A stretch of DNA of 37,975 bases from Gemmatimonadales bacterium (GCA_004525055.1 SPDF01000001.1:1-37975), one strand, 5' to 3'; positions 10,788 to 20,500 are shown, counted from the first letter of the stretch. Notes: a model not told the origin generated them from the sequence alone. A program made the numbers and translations.

Positions 10788-11885
10788 GTGCTCAGACTCG
10801 GTATTGTCGGTCTTCCGAACGTCGGTAAGTCCACGCTGTTCAACGCCCTGACCTCCGCCGGGGCGCTGGTGGCGAACTATCCTTTTGCCACGATCGAGCC
10901 GAACACCGGCGTTGTGCAGGTGCCGGACCCGCGGCTGGACGCCATCGCGGCGTTCGTCAAGCCGGAACGGACCCTGCCTGCCACCGTCGAGTTCCTCGAC
11001 ATCGCCGGGCTGGTGGAGGGTGCCAGCCAGGGCGAAGGGCTGGGCAACCAGTTCCTGGCCAACATTCGCGAGGTGGATGCGGTGGTCCATGTGGTTCGGT
11101 GCTTCGAGGACGACGATATCCAGCATGTGATGGGCAGCGTGGATCCGGTGCGGGACCGCGAGATCATCAATATCGAGTTGGGGCTGGCCGACCTCGCGTC
11201 GGTCGAAAAGCGCCTCGACAAGGCGGCGCGAACCGCGAAGTCGGGCGACGCCCAGGCCAAGCTGGAGGTCCGACTGTTGGAGGCGCTGCGCACCGCACTC
11301 GCCGCCGGACGGCCGGCCCGTTCCGTGGTCCCGGCCCCGGAGGATGCCGCTGTCTCCCAGGGCTTCAACCTCCTGACCGCGAAGCCGGTGCTCTATGCCG
11401 CCAACGTCGGCGAGCAAGAGATCAACAGCGGCAACACCCATGTCGAGGCGCTGCAGGCAGCGCTGGTGCACGACGAGGAGCCCGCGGACATCGTGACGTT
11501 TTCCGCCCAGGTCGAGGCGGAGTTGGCGGAACTCGCGCCGGAGGACCGCGCGGAGTTTCTCGAGTCCCTCGGCCTGACCGAATCCGGGCTCGACCGGCTG
11601 GCCCATGCGGCGTATCATCTCCTCGGCCTGCAGAGCTACTTCACCGCCGGCGAGAAGGAAGTCCGCGCCTGGACGATCCATCGGGGGGACCGGGCGCCCC
11701 AGGCGGCCGGAGTCATCCACTCCGACTTCGAGGCGGGGTTCATTCGGGCGGAGACCGTGGCCTACGACGACTTCGTTCGCGTCGGCGGATGGAAGCCCGC
11801 CCGGGAACAGGGACTCTCGCGGGCGGAAGGCAAGGAGTATGTCGTGCAGGACGGTGACGTTATGTTGTTCCGGTTTACCCCCTAG
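10788..11885 (+). CDS. ychF: Redox-regulated ribosome-binding ATPase YchF
   Basis: 365 aa. LRLGIVGLPNVGKSTLFNALT (P-loop), TIEPNTG, DIAGLVEGAS and a C-terminal TGS-like VVQDGDVMLFRF. GTG start; there is an in-frame stop 9 nt upstream. Confidence 0.95.
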   Translation: MLRLGIVGLPNVGKSTLFNALTSAGALVANYPFATIEPNTGVVQVPDPRLDAIAAFVKPERTLPATVEFLDIAGLVEGASQGEGLGNQFLANIREVDAVVHVVRCFEDDDIQHVMGSVDPVRDREIINIELGLADLASVEKRLDKAARTAKSGDAQAKLEVRLLEALRTALAAGRPARSVVPAPEDAAVSQGFNLLTAKPVLYAANVGEQEINSGNTHVEALQAALVHDEEPADIVTFSAQVEAELAELAPEDRAEFLESLGLTESGLDRLAHAAYHLLGLQSYFTAGEKEVRAWTIHRGDRAPQAAGVIHSDFEAGFIRAETVAYDDFVRVGGWKPAREQGLSRAEGKEYVVQDGDVMLFRFTP

Positions 11886-11897
11886 GAGCCCACACCG

Positions 11898-12614
11898 ATG
11901 ACTAATCCTATCGGCGCCGCCCAGCGGCAAGCCGGATTCGTTTCAGACGTCGACAGTGCGCGAATCGCCACGTTCCTCCGCGGCGTCTACTGGTGGATGT
12001 TCGGTGGGCTGGCCGTCACCGCGGTGGTGGCGCTTGCGGTCGCGAGTTCCCCGGCAGCCATCGGTACGCTCGTCACCAACAAGATCCTCTTCTTCGGGGT
12101 GATCATCGCGGAGCTGGTGCTGGTGGTCTACCTGTCGGCGCGGGTCGACAAGATGGCCCCCGCCACGGCGGGGATACTCTTCCTCGCATACTCCGCGCTC
12201 AACGGCGTCACCTTCGCGCTCATCCTCCTGGTCTACACCGGCGGGTCGGTGGCCAACGCCTTCTTCATCACGGCAGGGATGTTCGGCGCGCTCGCCGTGT
12301 ACGGCAGCGTCACCAAACGCGACCTGAGCGCCATGGGGCGCTTCATGTTCATGGGATTGATCGGGCTGGTGCTGGCGAGCGTGGTGGGCATCTTCTGGCA
12401 GAACGATGCGATGCAGTTCGTCATGGGTGTGGTGGGGGTGCTGGTATTCTCAGGCCTCATCGCCTATGACACGCAGCGCCTGCGGGCGATGGCCTTGCAG
12501 GTGTCCGGTGAGCAGGCGGGCTCCTACGCCATCGTCGGCGCGCTCAGCCTCTACCTCGACTTCATCAACTTGTTCCTCTCCCTCCTCCGGATCTTCGGCA
12601 ACCGCCGGAACTAG
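11898..12614 (+). CDS. Bax inhibitor-1 / YccA family membrane protein
   Basis: 238 aa, 7 hydrophobic segments. FLRGVYWWMFGGLAVTA and C-terminal GALSLYLDFINLFLSLLRIFG are typical of the BI-1 family. Confidence 0.85.
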   Translation: MTNPIGAAQRQAGFVSDVDSARIATFLRGVYWWMFGGLAVTAVVALAVASSPAAIGTLVTNKILFFGVIIAELVLVVYLSARVDKMAPATAGILFLAYSALNGVTFALILLVYTGGSVANAFFITAGMFGALAVYGSVTKRDLSAMGRFMFMGLIGLVLASVVGIFWQNDAMQFVMGVVGVLVFSGLIAYDTQRLRAMALQVSGEQAGSYAIVGALSLYLDFINLFLSLLRIFGNRRN

Positions 12615-12621
12615 CGGGATC

Positions 12622-13281
12622 CTAGCGGGCAGGCGCGGCCGCGGTGAGGGTGCCGCGCCAGCTCTCGCTCAGCGCCGGGCACTCGGCCAACCGGACGCTC
12701 TCCTCGCGGCGCCGCGACCTCTCCTCCATCAGCTCTGAGGCCACGTAGACCGTCCAGTGCGGCCAGGGACGGTCCACCAGCGCCACCGGCATCCCACTCT
12801 CGACCCACCCCTCCGTCAGCACCCGGAAATACCAACCGGTCCGCAGGTTCGCCTGGACCAGCTTGACCATGTCCTTCCGATGGAAGCGCCGGTTGAGGGT
12901 GGCGCAGGGTTGACGCGGCTGGGACACTTCAAACCGGGCCTGCCCTATCCCAAACCGGTCACCTACACAGACCGTCAATTCGTCGACGCCGTCGATGGTC
13001 AGGTTCTCCCCGAACCACCCGGCCCCCACATCCGACCGGCCCAAGACCTCGCGCCACGAATCGTAGTGCGCTGCGGCGTAGGCCAGGACCGCTTTGTCGG
13101 GTCCGCCATGCACTTTCCGGTCGGCCTGCATGTCGCCGGCCACGCCCAGCCGCCCAACCCAGACGGCCCCTGACAGGGGTCGCTTGGCGATGGCGCTGGT
13201 CCATGGTCGGTCGAGGGGGTCGTCGGCGCCTTCGGCGCCGTAGGATCGGGGCACCCCGACCTGGATTGAACGGAGGATCAT
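12622..13281 (-). CDS. MOSC domain-containing protein (YiiM-like)
   Basis: 219 aa. DRKVHGGPDKAVLAY, FGENLTIDG and FEVSQPRQPCATLNRRF are MOSC signatures, including the conserved Cys. Confidence 0.85.
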   Translation of the reverse strand: MILRSIQVGVPRSYGAEGADDPLDRPWTSAIAKRPLSGAVWVGRLGVAGDMQADRKVHGGPDKAVLAYAAAHYDSWREVLGRSDVGAGWFGENLTIDGVDELTVCVGDRFGIGQARFEVSQPRQPCATLNRRFHRKDMVKLVQANLRTGWYFRVLTEGWVESGMPVALVDRPWPHWTVYVASELMEERSRRREESVRLAECPALSESWRGTLTAAAPAR

Positions 13282-13306
13282 GGGGGGAAGATAAGGGGGC
13301 GCCCCT

Positions 13307-13335
13307 TTGACTCAAGTCCGCGTCGCGACTATACT
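13307..13335 (+). promoter_or_regulatory. Probable sigma70-type promoter of the rpsF operon
   Basis: TTGACT (13307-13312), exactly 17 nt, TATACT (13330-13335). It lies about 60 nt upstream of the rpsF ATG in the divergent intergenic region. Confidence 0.45.
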
Positions 13336-13402
13336 TCCCCGCTCACAATACTCCTCCTCAGCTCCACACCAGGGCTGGGGCAACAGTCCAAAGGAAGGTG
13401 TC

Positions 13403-13741
13403 ATGACCCGTCAGTATGAAGCGGTCTATATCTTCGATTCTGCCCTCGAAGAGGCCGCAATCAACGAGCGCCTCGAGCGTTTCCACACGCTCCTCGCCCA
13501 GCCCGACACCGAGGCACCGCAACTGTCCCATTGGGGCAAGCGGACCCTGGCCTACCCGATCAATCGCCACGAGACCGGCTACTACGTCATCGCGAAACTG
13601 GCGACCGCCCCCACGGCGCTGCCTGAGTTCGAGCGCGCCGTCAAGCTCGACGAGGGTGTCCTCCGGTTTCTCATTGTGACGAACGAAGGTCCACAGCCGG
13701 TTCCCCCAGCGGCCGACAAGGCGGACGGGGAGGACGACTGA
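13403..13741 (+). CDS. rpsF: 30S ribosomal protein S6
   Basis: ATG at 13403 is preceded by AAGGAAGG. MTRQYEAVYIFDSALEEAAINERLERF...WGKRTLAYPI is canonical S6 with an acidic tail. Confidence 0.9.
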   Translation: MTRQYEAVYIFDSALEEAAINERLERFHTLLAQPDTEAPQLSHWGKRTLAYPINRHETGYYVIAKLATAPTALPEFERAVKLDEGVLRFLIVTNEGPQPVPPAADKADGEDD

Positions 13742-13962
13742 TGAGGCGCCCACAGAAGAGTTGCTCGATTTGTGAGTCCGGCGTGCGAGTCGTCGATTTC
13801 AAGGATGAGCGGACGCTCTCCCGTTTCCTGTCTGAGCGCGGCAAGATCCTGCCGAGCCGGCTTTCCGGGACTTGTGCGCGGCACCAGCGCCAGCTCAGCA
13901 CCGCCATCAAGCGGGCTCGCGTCCTTGCCCTGCTGCCCTACCTGAAGGGCCACGGCGGCTGA
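13741..13962 (+). CDS. rpsR: 30S ribosomal protein S18
   Basis: 73 aa. VDFKDERTLSRFLSERGKILPSRLSGTCARHQRQLSTAIKRARVLALLPY. TGATG overlap with rpsF. Confidence 0.9.
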   Translation: MRRPQKSCSICESGVRVVDFKDERTLSRFLSERGKILPSRLSGTCARHQRQLSTAIKRARVLALLPYLKGHGG

Positions 13963-13964
13963 CC

Positions 13965-14924
13965 GTGACGAGTGGGCGGCCCCCGGAAGGACAGGTCCTG
14001 TCCTTCCGGGCCCGCCTGGCGGTCGCGGCCTACGTACTCTTCACCTGGCCGGTCATGACCGCGTTTTTCTTCGGGCCGCTCGCCGTGCTCGTCGCGGCGA
14101 GTCGGCCGCACGGGCGGAGGGCCTGGCTTTGGCTCGCGGCCCTGGCGCTCTGGCTTTCGCTCTGGGCCGCGCAGCCCGGCGGATTGTTGGAAGCGCTGAT
14201 CCGGGCGGCGGCCGTGTTGTCGACGGGGATTGGCGTGTTGTTCCTGCTCCTCTCCGCTGGATCGGTATCGACCCGGGCGCTCCGGGGTACCGCCGCGGTG
14301 GTACTCAGCACCGCCGGACTCTCCCGCCTCGTGGGCCTGCGCTGGGCCGACCTGGAGCGGGCCGTCGTGCAGCAGGGGATGCTGGCGCAGCGCGCGGCCA
14401 CGGAGTTGCTGAGCCGGGGTGGATCGACGCCCGACCCGGCGACACTGGACGCCTTGCGCACGCTCGGCGAAGGGCTCCGCCCGATGGCGCCGTTCTTCCC
14501 TGGCGTGCTGGCCCTGATCCTCTTCGCGGGGCTCTGCCTGGCGGCGCTGGTCGCCCCGAGGATCGGGGGTCGGGCGGTGGCGCCGATCCCGGGCCCGTTC
14601 GACGGGTTCCGGTTCAGCGATCACCTGGTCTGGCTGGTGATCGTCGGCCTGATCGGCCTGCTCTTCGCCGAATCGACGCCGCTCGCAGGCCCCGCGGCCA
14701 GCATGGTGACCTTCGGGGTCGGTTTGTACGCCCTGCGTGGCTCGGCGGTCCTGACGACCGCGCTGCGATCGGCGCCGCGACTGTTCATCGGGATGCTGTT
14801 CCTTGGTGCTCTTTTTCTCCTGCCATTCGCCGTCGGAGGGCTCGCCCTCCTCGGCTTGGCTGATACCTGGCTCGACTTCCGGCGGCGCATGGCGCCGCCG
14901 CCTTCTGGAGGGTTGGACCGATGA
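13965..14924 (+). CDS. Multi-pass membrane protein embedded in the ribosomal operon, possibly DUF2232/YybS-like
   Basis: GTG at 13965 is the first start after the rpsR stop in the 13872..14924 frame. About 319 aa with several hydrophobic helices. C-terminal LGLADTWLDFRRR. It occupies the same position (before rplI) as YybS-type proteins in other bacteria. Family assignment is from memory only. Confidence 0.5.
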   Translation: MTSGRPPEGQVLSFRARLAVAAYVLFTWPVMTAFFFGPLAVLVAASRPHGRRAWLWLAALALWLSLWAAQPGGLLEALIRAAAVLSTGIGVLFLLLSAGSVSTRALRGTAAVVLSTAGLSRLVGLRWADLERAVVQQGMLAQRAATELLSRGGSTPDPATLDALRTLGEGLRPMAPFFPGVLALILFAGLCLAALVAPRIGGRAVAPIPGPFDGFRFSDHLVWLVIVGLIGLLFAESTPLAGPAASMVTFGVGLYALRGSAVLTTALRSAPRLFIGMLFLGALFLLPFAVGGLALLGLADTWLDFRRRMAPPPSGGLDR

Positions 14925-15367
14925 TCGAAGTAATCCTGCGCGACGACATCAAGTCGCTTGGCAAGGCCGGGGATCTCGTTCGCGTCAAGCCGGGCTATGC
15001 CCGCAATTTCCTGTTGCCGAAGGGCCTTGCCTACGAGGCCACCGCGGGGAACAAGAAGCGGATTGAGGCGGAAACCAAGGCGCGGACTGTCCGCCTCACC
15101 GCCGAGAAGAACACCGCGGTCGCCGCGGCCGCCACCCTGTCGGCCATCGCCCTGACCTTCACGCGGAAGGCGGGGGACGAAGGCAAGCTCTTCGGCTCCA
15201 TCACCTCCCAGGATGTCGCCGACAGCCTCGGGGCGCAGGGGCAGACCGTCGACAAGCGGAAGATCGAGCTCCCCCACCCCATCAAGGTCGTGGGCGAGCA
15301 CACCGTCATCGTCCGCCTCCATCCCGAGGTGCACGCCGACGTTCGCGTGACGGTTGCCGCCGAGTAG
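14921..15367 (+). CDS. rplI: 50S ribosomal protein L9
   Basis: 148 aa. MIEVILRDDIKSLGKAGDLVRVKPGYARNFLLPKGLA. ATGA overlap with the upstream membrane protein. Confidence 0.95.
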   Translation: MIEVILRDDIKSLGKAGDLVRVKPGYARNFLLPKGLAYEATAGNKKRIEAETKARTVRLTAEKNTAVAAAATLSAIALTFTRKAGDEGKLFGSITSQDVADSLGAQGQTVDKRKIELPHPIKVVGEHTVIVRLHPEVHADVRVTVAAE

Positions 15368-15380
15368 GGGCCGCCCCCGC

Positions 15381-17222
15381 ATGGGTGTCGGCATCGCCTA
15401 CATGGACGGGCCCCGGCTGGCCCGTTCGCTCTTCGCGGCATCTGACTGGGTCGCGGCGGGCCGGGAGGAGATCAACCGGATCAATGTCTTTCCGGTGCCC
15501 GATGGCGACACCGGCACCAACTTCAGTCTGACCCTCCGCGCCGTCGCCGACGCCCTCCGGGCGCTCGGCGACGCCTCGCTTCCGGTGACGGCCACCACGA
15601 TGGCGCGCGCCGCCGTCCTCGGCGCCCGCGGCAATTCCGGGATGATGCTCGCCCACTTCCTCATGGGCGTGGCCGAATCGATCGGCGACAGGGAGACAGC
15701 CACCCCGAGCGAACTCGCCGCCGCCCTCAGCGCCGGAGCGGCCGGCCTCTACGGCGCGCTGGACGACCCCAGGGAAGGCACCATCCTGACTGTCGCCCGC
15801 GAAGCCGCCGCCGCCGCCGAACGCGCCGCCGCACGATCCCCCGATATCGCCGAGTTCATGCGGCAGATGTATCTCGAGGGTGAGGAGGCGCTGGCGCGTA
15901 CGCCCGAGCTGTTGGCCGTGCTGAAGGACGCCGGGGTGGTCGATGCGGGCGGGATGGGCTTCATGCGAATGATCGAAGGGGTGGTCCGGTTCATCGACGG
16001 CGATCCGATCCTGGCGGTCGCACCGGGCTACACCGGTGAGTACGCCGTTCCCGCCGCCGACATGACGGTCGCGGCCGATCAGGACTTCCAGTTCTGCACC
16101 GAGGTCGTGGTGCGCGGTGAGCAGTTACCACCCGCCAACGAGGTCCGCGCCGCCCTCCGGACCTTCGGCGGCTCCCTGGTCGTGGCGGTGATGGGTGACA
16201 TCCTCCACGCCCATGTGCATACGAACACCCCTGATGCCGTCTTTACCTATGTGTCCCGATGGGGCAACCTCGAGAAGACGAAGGCAGAAGACATGCGGGC
16301 CCAGCACCAGGGGCTGCAGCACGGGGTGCAGAAGCAGGTGGGCATCGTCACGGACAGCGCCTCCGATCTCTCCGACTCGGTCCTGGACCGACATGGGATT
16401 TCGCTGGTGCCGCTCCAGGTGATCTTCGGCGATGAGGTGCTGCTCGATCGGGTGGAGTTGAAGCCGGAGGAGTTCTACCGCCGGATGCGCTCGGCGCCAC
16501 AACTGCCCACCACGTCGCAGCCGACGGTGGCCGACTTCGTCCGGGTATTCCGGGAGGCACGGCACGAGGCCGAACAGGTGATTGCGATCCTGGTCTCCTC
16601 AGGACTCTCTGGCACCTTCCAGTCGGGGGCCGCGGCCATCAGGGCGGGAGGGCTGACCAATGTCCGGCTGGTGGACAGCAAGTCGGCATCACTCGGGGCC
16701 GGCATGCTGGCGCTCCGGGCAGCGGAGCTGGCGGAACAGGGATGGCCGGCAGATGCGATCGCCACCGAAATCGAACGGGTGCGGGACCAGTCTGGTGTGT
16801 TCCTGACGGTGGACAAGTTCGACAACCTGCTCCGCAGCGGTCGGGTGAGCCGGGGCAAGGCCTGGCTCGGCGGCCTCCTCGACGTGAAGCCGATCCTCTC
16901 GCGCGATGCGGCGGGGCGGGTCGTCCCGATCGATCGGGCCCGCGGGCGGGAACAGTTGATCGGTCGGGTGTTGTCCCTGCTGGAGGCGCGGCTGCAGCCG
17001 CGGCCGAAGCAGCTGCGATTCGGGGTCGTACACGCCGAGGCCCCTGATGTCGCCAAGCGGGTTCGGGATGCGCTGGTGGCCGCCTACCAACCTCGCGACT
17101 GCTTTGTTTCGCTCGCGACGGGAGTGCTCGGAACGCATGTCGGGGAGGGTGCATGGGCAGTGTTTTATCAAGTCGAGGACGGCACGCCGCCGGCCCCGCC
17201 CAACCCCCGGAGCCCAGGTTGA
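15381..17222 (+). CDS. DAK2/DhaL-like kinase domain plus FakA-type middle domain fused to a DegV (FakB-like) fatty-acid-binding domain
   Basis: N-terminal INVFPVPDGDTGTN, ARGNSGMML and VVDAGGMGF (DhaL/YloV/FakA). Middle FQFCTEVVVR...FGGSLVVAV...HAHVHTNTP...AEDMRAQH (FakA central domain). From about nt 16338, VGIVTDSASDL...LVPLQVIFGD...LPTTSQPT...ILVSSGLSGTF (DegV hallmarks). ATG 15381 is the first start after the rplI stop. Confidence 0.85.
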   Translation: MGVGIAYMDGPRLARSLFAASDWVAAGREEINRINVFPVPDGDTGTNFSLTLRAVADALRALGDASLPVTATTMARAAVLGARGNSGMMLAHFLMGVAESIGDRETATPSELAAALSAGAAGLYGALDDPREGTILTVAREAAAAAERAAARSPDIAEFMRQMYLEGEEALARTPELLAVLKDAGVVDAGGMGFMRMIEGVVRFIDGDPILAVAPGYTGEYAVPAADMTVAADQDFQFCTEVVVRGEQLPPANEVRAALRTFGGSLVVAVMGDILHAHVHTNTPDAVFTYVSRWGNLEKTKAEDMRAQHQGLQHGVQKQVGIVTDSASDLSDSVLDRHGISLVPLQVIFGDEVLLDRVELKPEEFYRRMRSAPQLPTTSQPTVADFVRVFREARHEAEQVIAILVSSGLSGTFQSGAAAIRAGGLTNVRLVDSKSASLGAGMLALRAAELAEQGWPADAIATEIERVRDQSGVFLTVDKFDNLLRSGRVSRGKAWLGGLLDVKPILSRDAAGRVVPIDRARGREQLIGRVLSLLEARLQPRPKQLRFGVVHAEAPDVAKRVRDALVAAYQPRDCFVSLATGVLGTHVGEGAWAVFYQVEDGTPPAPPNPRSPG

Positions 17223-17575
17223 GGAAAACGCCGTCGCTGCCGGCGACGTTACGCGCCGCGGTACAGGCCGCGGACGACCTGAAGGCCCGCGACCTGACCG
17301 TCCTCGATCTGCGCGGCCTGCACGATGCTACGGACTATTTCCTCGTGGGCTCCGGGACCTCCGACGCGCATGTGCGGGGTATCGCCCATGCGGTGCTCGA
17401 TGCCCTGGCCCGCGAGGGGCACAAGCCGCACCATGTCGAGGGACTCCCCTCGGGACGCTGGGTCCTGCTGGACTTCGTGGATTTCGTGGTTCACCTGTTC
17501 CATCCAGACGCGCGCGCGTTCTATCAGCTGGAGCGCCTTTGGGACGATGCCCCGGCGCTTACGCCGCGCCCCTGA
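17219..17575 (+). CDS. rsfS: Ribosome silencing factor RsfS (iojap-like)
   Basis: DLKARDLTVLDLRGLHDATDYFLVGSGTSDAHVRGIAHAV...WVLLDFVDFVVHLFHPDARAFYQLERLW is canonical RsfS. TTG 17219 (TTGA overlap with the upstream stop, GGAG 6 nt upstream) gives about 118 aa. ATG 17153 is an alternative that would overlap the upstream gene by 70 nt. Confidence 0.85.
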   Translation: MRKTPSLPATLRAAVQAADDLKARDLTVLDLRGLHDATDYFLVGSGTSDAHVRGIAHAVLDALAREGHKPHHVEGLPSGRWVLLDFVDFVVHLFHPDARAFYQLERLWDDAPALTPRP

Positions 17576-17591
17576 CAGCAATCGGATCGTC

Positions 17592-20500
17592 ATGACACTA
17601 CGGTCACTCATCCTGCTGGCCCTGTTCGCGACCGTTCCCACGGTCGCGTCGGCACAGTATTTCGGTCAGAACCGCGTCATGTACCAGAAGTTCGACTTTG
17701 AGATCATCCATACGGAACATTTCGATGTGTACTTCTATCCCGTCGAGCGGGAGGCGTCGTTCGACGCCGCTCGCATGGCGGAGCGCTCCTATGGCCGGCT
17801 CTCCACCCTCCTGAACCACCGGTTCATCGAGCGCAAACCGATCATCCTGTATGCCTCCCCGTCGGAGTTCCAGCAGACGAACGCCCTCGGCGGAGACATT
17901 GGTGAAGCGACCGGCGGCGTGACCGACTTCATGAAGCACCGCGCCATCATGCCGTTCACCGGGGCGTACAAGGACTTCGACCACGTCCTGATGCACGAAA
18001 TGGTGCACCAGTTTCAGTACGACACCTGGTCGCGCGGCAAGGCGGGGTCCGGCATTGCCACCATCATCCAGGTCAATCCGCCGCTCTGGTTCGCGGAGGG
18101 CATGGCCGAGTACCTGTCGCTGGGCCAAATCACTCCGGAAACGGCGATGTGGTTGAGGGACGCCGTGCTCCAGGGCAAGCTCCCGACCATCCAGCAACTG
18201 ACCTACGACCCCTTCATCTTCCCCTATCGGTTCGGCCATTCCATCTGGGCCTACATCGGCACACGGTGGGGCGACGAAGCGGTCGGAGCCATCCTCTCGG
18301 CCACGCTGGGTGGTGGCGGTGTCGATGGGGCCTTTCGACGGGTCCTGGGCATCTCACTGGACCAGCTCTCGGTACAGTGGCGGGACTGGGTGCAGGAGAC
18401 CTACCTGCCGGATGTCGCTTCCAAACAGCTGGCGTCGGCCGTCGGCGAGCCGCTGCTCACCAAGGCCAGGTCCGGCGGGACCCTGCATCTCGCCCCCGCA
18501 CTCTCGCCGGACGGCAAGCTCATCGCCTACCTCAGCGAGCGGAACTTCTTCTTCATCGACTTCTACCTGGCCGACGGGGAAACGGGCAAGGTCGTCAAGA
18601 AACTCGCCAAGTCGGTGTTCGACTCGAATTACGAGACGTTTCGCTACATCAGTTCGATCTCCTCCTGGTCACCGGACGGCAAGTACCTCGTCTTCGCGGC
18701 CCGATCCCAGGGTGGCGACCACATCGTCATCTTCGATCCGATCCGCCGGAAGGCGGTCCGACGGATTCGCGTGGAGTTGAGCGGCCTCTCCTCCCCCGTC
18801 TTCAGCCCGGATGGAACGCAGCTCGCCTTTATCGGGATGGAAGGCGGCCTGTCGGATCTCTACGTCATCAACGCCGACGGCACCGGCCTACGGCAACTGA
18901 CCGACGACCGGTACGCGCAGCTGATGCCGGCCTGGTCTCCGGACGGGCACACCATCGCCTACGTGACGGACGAGGGGCCGGGCACCAACTTCAACGACCT
19001 CAGTTACGGGAATTTCCGTATCGCCCTCTTCGACGCGGACCTGGGCCGACGGGAGCTCATCCCACACATGGAGGTGGGCCGTAACGTCAGTCCCCAATGG
19101 GCCCCGGACGGAAAGTCGTTCGCGTTCGTCTCCGATCGAACAGGCATCGCGAACATCTATCTGTATGAAATCGGTGGGGACATCTACCAGCTGACCAACC
19201 TCTTCACCGGGGCACAGTCCGCGACGCCGCTCTCCCCTGCGCTCAGTTGGGCTCGGGAGGCCGACCGCCTTGCGTTCGTGTATTTCGAGGACCAGAACAA
19301 CGACATCTACACCATCCAGAACCCACGGTCATTGAAGCGACGGCCGTGGCGGCCAGCGCCGGAGACGGTGGCAGCCGCAGGACAACCCGATTCGGTCAAC
19401 GCGCCGTCTCCGACCGACAGCGTCGTTCCCCGCCCTGATTCGGGGGCGGGGGTCGCCGTTTCACCCGCTCCCGACTCAGGCGCGACGCCGCCGGCGGTGC
19501 CCGGCGTGCCGCAGGCCCGCGAGGGCGGTTCCATCTATCGCACCCCCTCGGGCTTCCGCGCCGCCGCGGTCGCACCGAACCTGACCGACACCGCCGGACG
19601 TCGGGTGGACGAGGTGACCGTCATCGGGCTGCTCGACTCGGCCTCACTCTTCCTGGTGGACACCAGCAGTTTCACCGTCGGTCCGTACAAGCGGAAGTTC
19701 ACGGCGGAAAGCGCCGCGCGACCGTCGGTCGGGTATACGCGCGACAACTTCGGCAACGGCATCTACGGCGGCGGCGCGATCCAGTTCGGGGACATGCTCG
19801 GGAACGAGCAGCTGATCTTCGCCGGATACATTAACGGCTCCCTGAACCAGGGCGACTTTCTCGCCGCGTATGCCAATCTGAGCGGCCGCTTGAACTGGGC
19901 GATAGGATTCCAGCAGTATCCCAACTACTACGTGCTGCAGCCGGTCGTCGTTCGGGACGATCCGGCCCCCGGTCTCAATACCTACGTCACACGCACCCGG
20001 CTCCTCACCACCCGACAGATCTTCGGGCGCGGCTTCTACAACATCAACCGCTTCCAGCGCCTCGAGATGGGGTTGGCTCTCGGGCAGATCGACGATGGGA
20101 TTCAGAACTTCTACCAGACGTATGACCGCGAGACAGGCGTCCTCGCCGGCACGCCGTATCAGGAGACCTTCTATTTCAAAGGCCAGCAGATTGCGACGCC
20201 CTCCATCGCGCTGGTCTACGACGCAACCTTCACAGGATGGATCGGCCCGCTCTTCGGCACACGCTACCGCGCGGAGATCTCGCAGACCGTCGGTGGCTGG
20301 AATGTCACCCAGTTGCTGCTCGATTACCGCCGATACATCCCACTGAAGAGAGGCGTCGTCCTTGCCGCGCGCGCCCTCTACGCTGGGCAGAAGGGCCCTG
20401 ATGCCGACCGACAGCGCTACTTCCTCGGCAGTACCGACCTGGTGCGCGGCCGCACCTCAGGATCGTATTACCGCTACGAGTGCACCACCACCAGCGGCAA

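Noticed and set aside
8775-11930. 1051-aa ORF that looks like a giant minus-strand gene
   Set aside because: Only the C-terminal 633 aa (from ATG 10676) match KorA. The N-terminal 418 codons are Arg/Gly/Leu-rich, lie antisense to the well-supported ychF and cross the divergent intergenic region. This is a GC-driven open frame, not a protein.
12609-12630. Direct repeat CTAGCGGG-ATC-CTAGCGGG between the BI-1 and MOSC genes
   Set aside because: It is simply the two convergent stop codons (TAG on each strand) with a similar GC context. It is too short to be meaningful.
17325-17591. Upstream extension of the 1182-aa ORF (track start 17325)
   Set aside because: The first 89 codons overlap rsfS in another frame and are Ser/Arg/Trp/Cys-rich. 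ATG 17592 yields a textbook signal peptide 16 nt after the rsfS stop.
19329-19527. Pro/Ser/Ala-rich low-complexity stretch that could be mistaken for a repeat array or a gene boundary
   Set aside because: It is in frame and uninterrupted within the large ORF. It is best explained as an interdomain linker, and no nucleotide-level tandem repeat is discernible.
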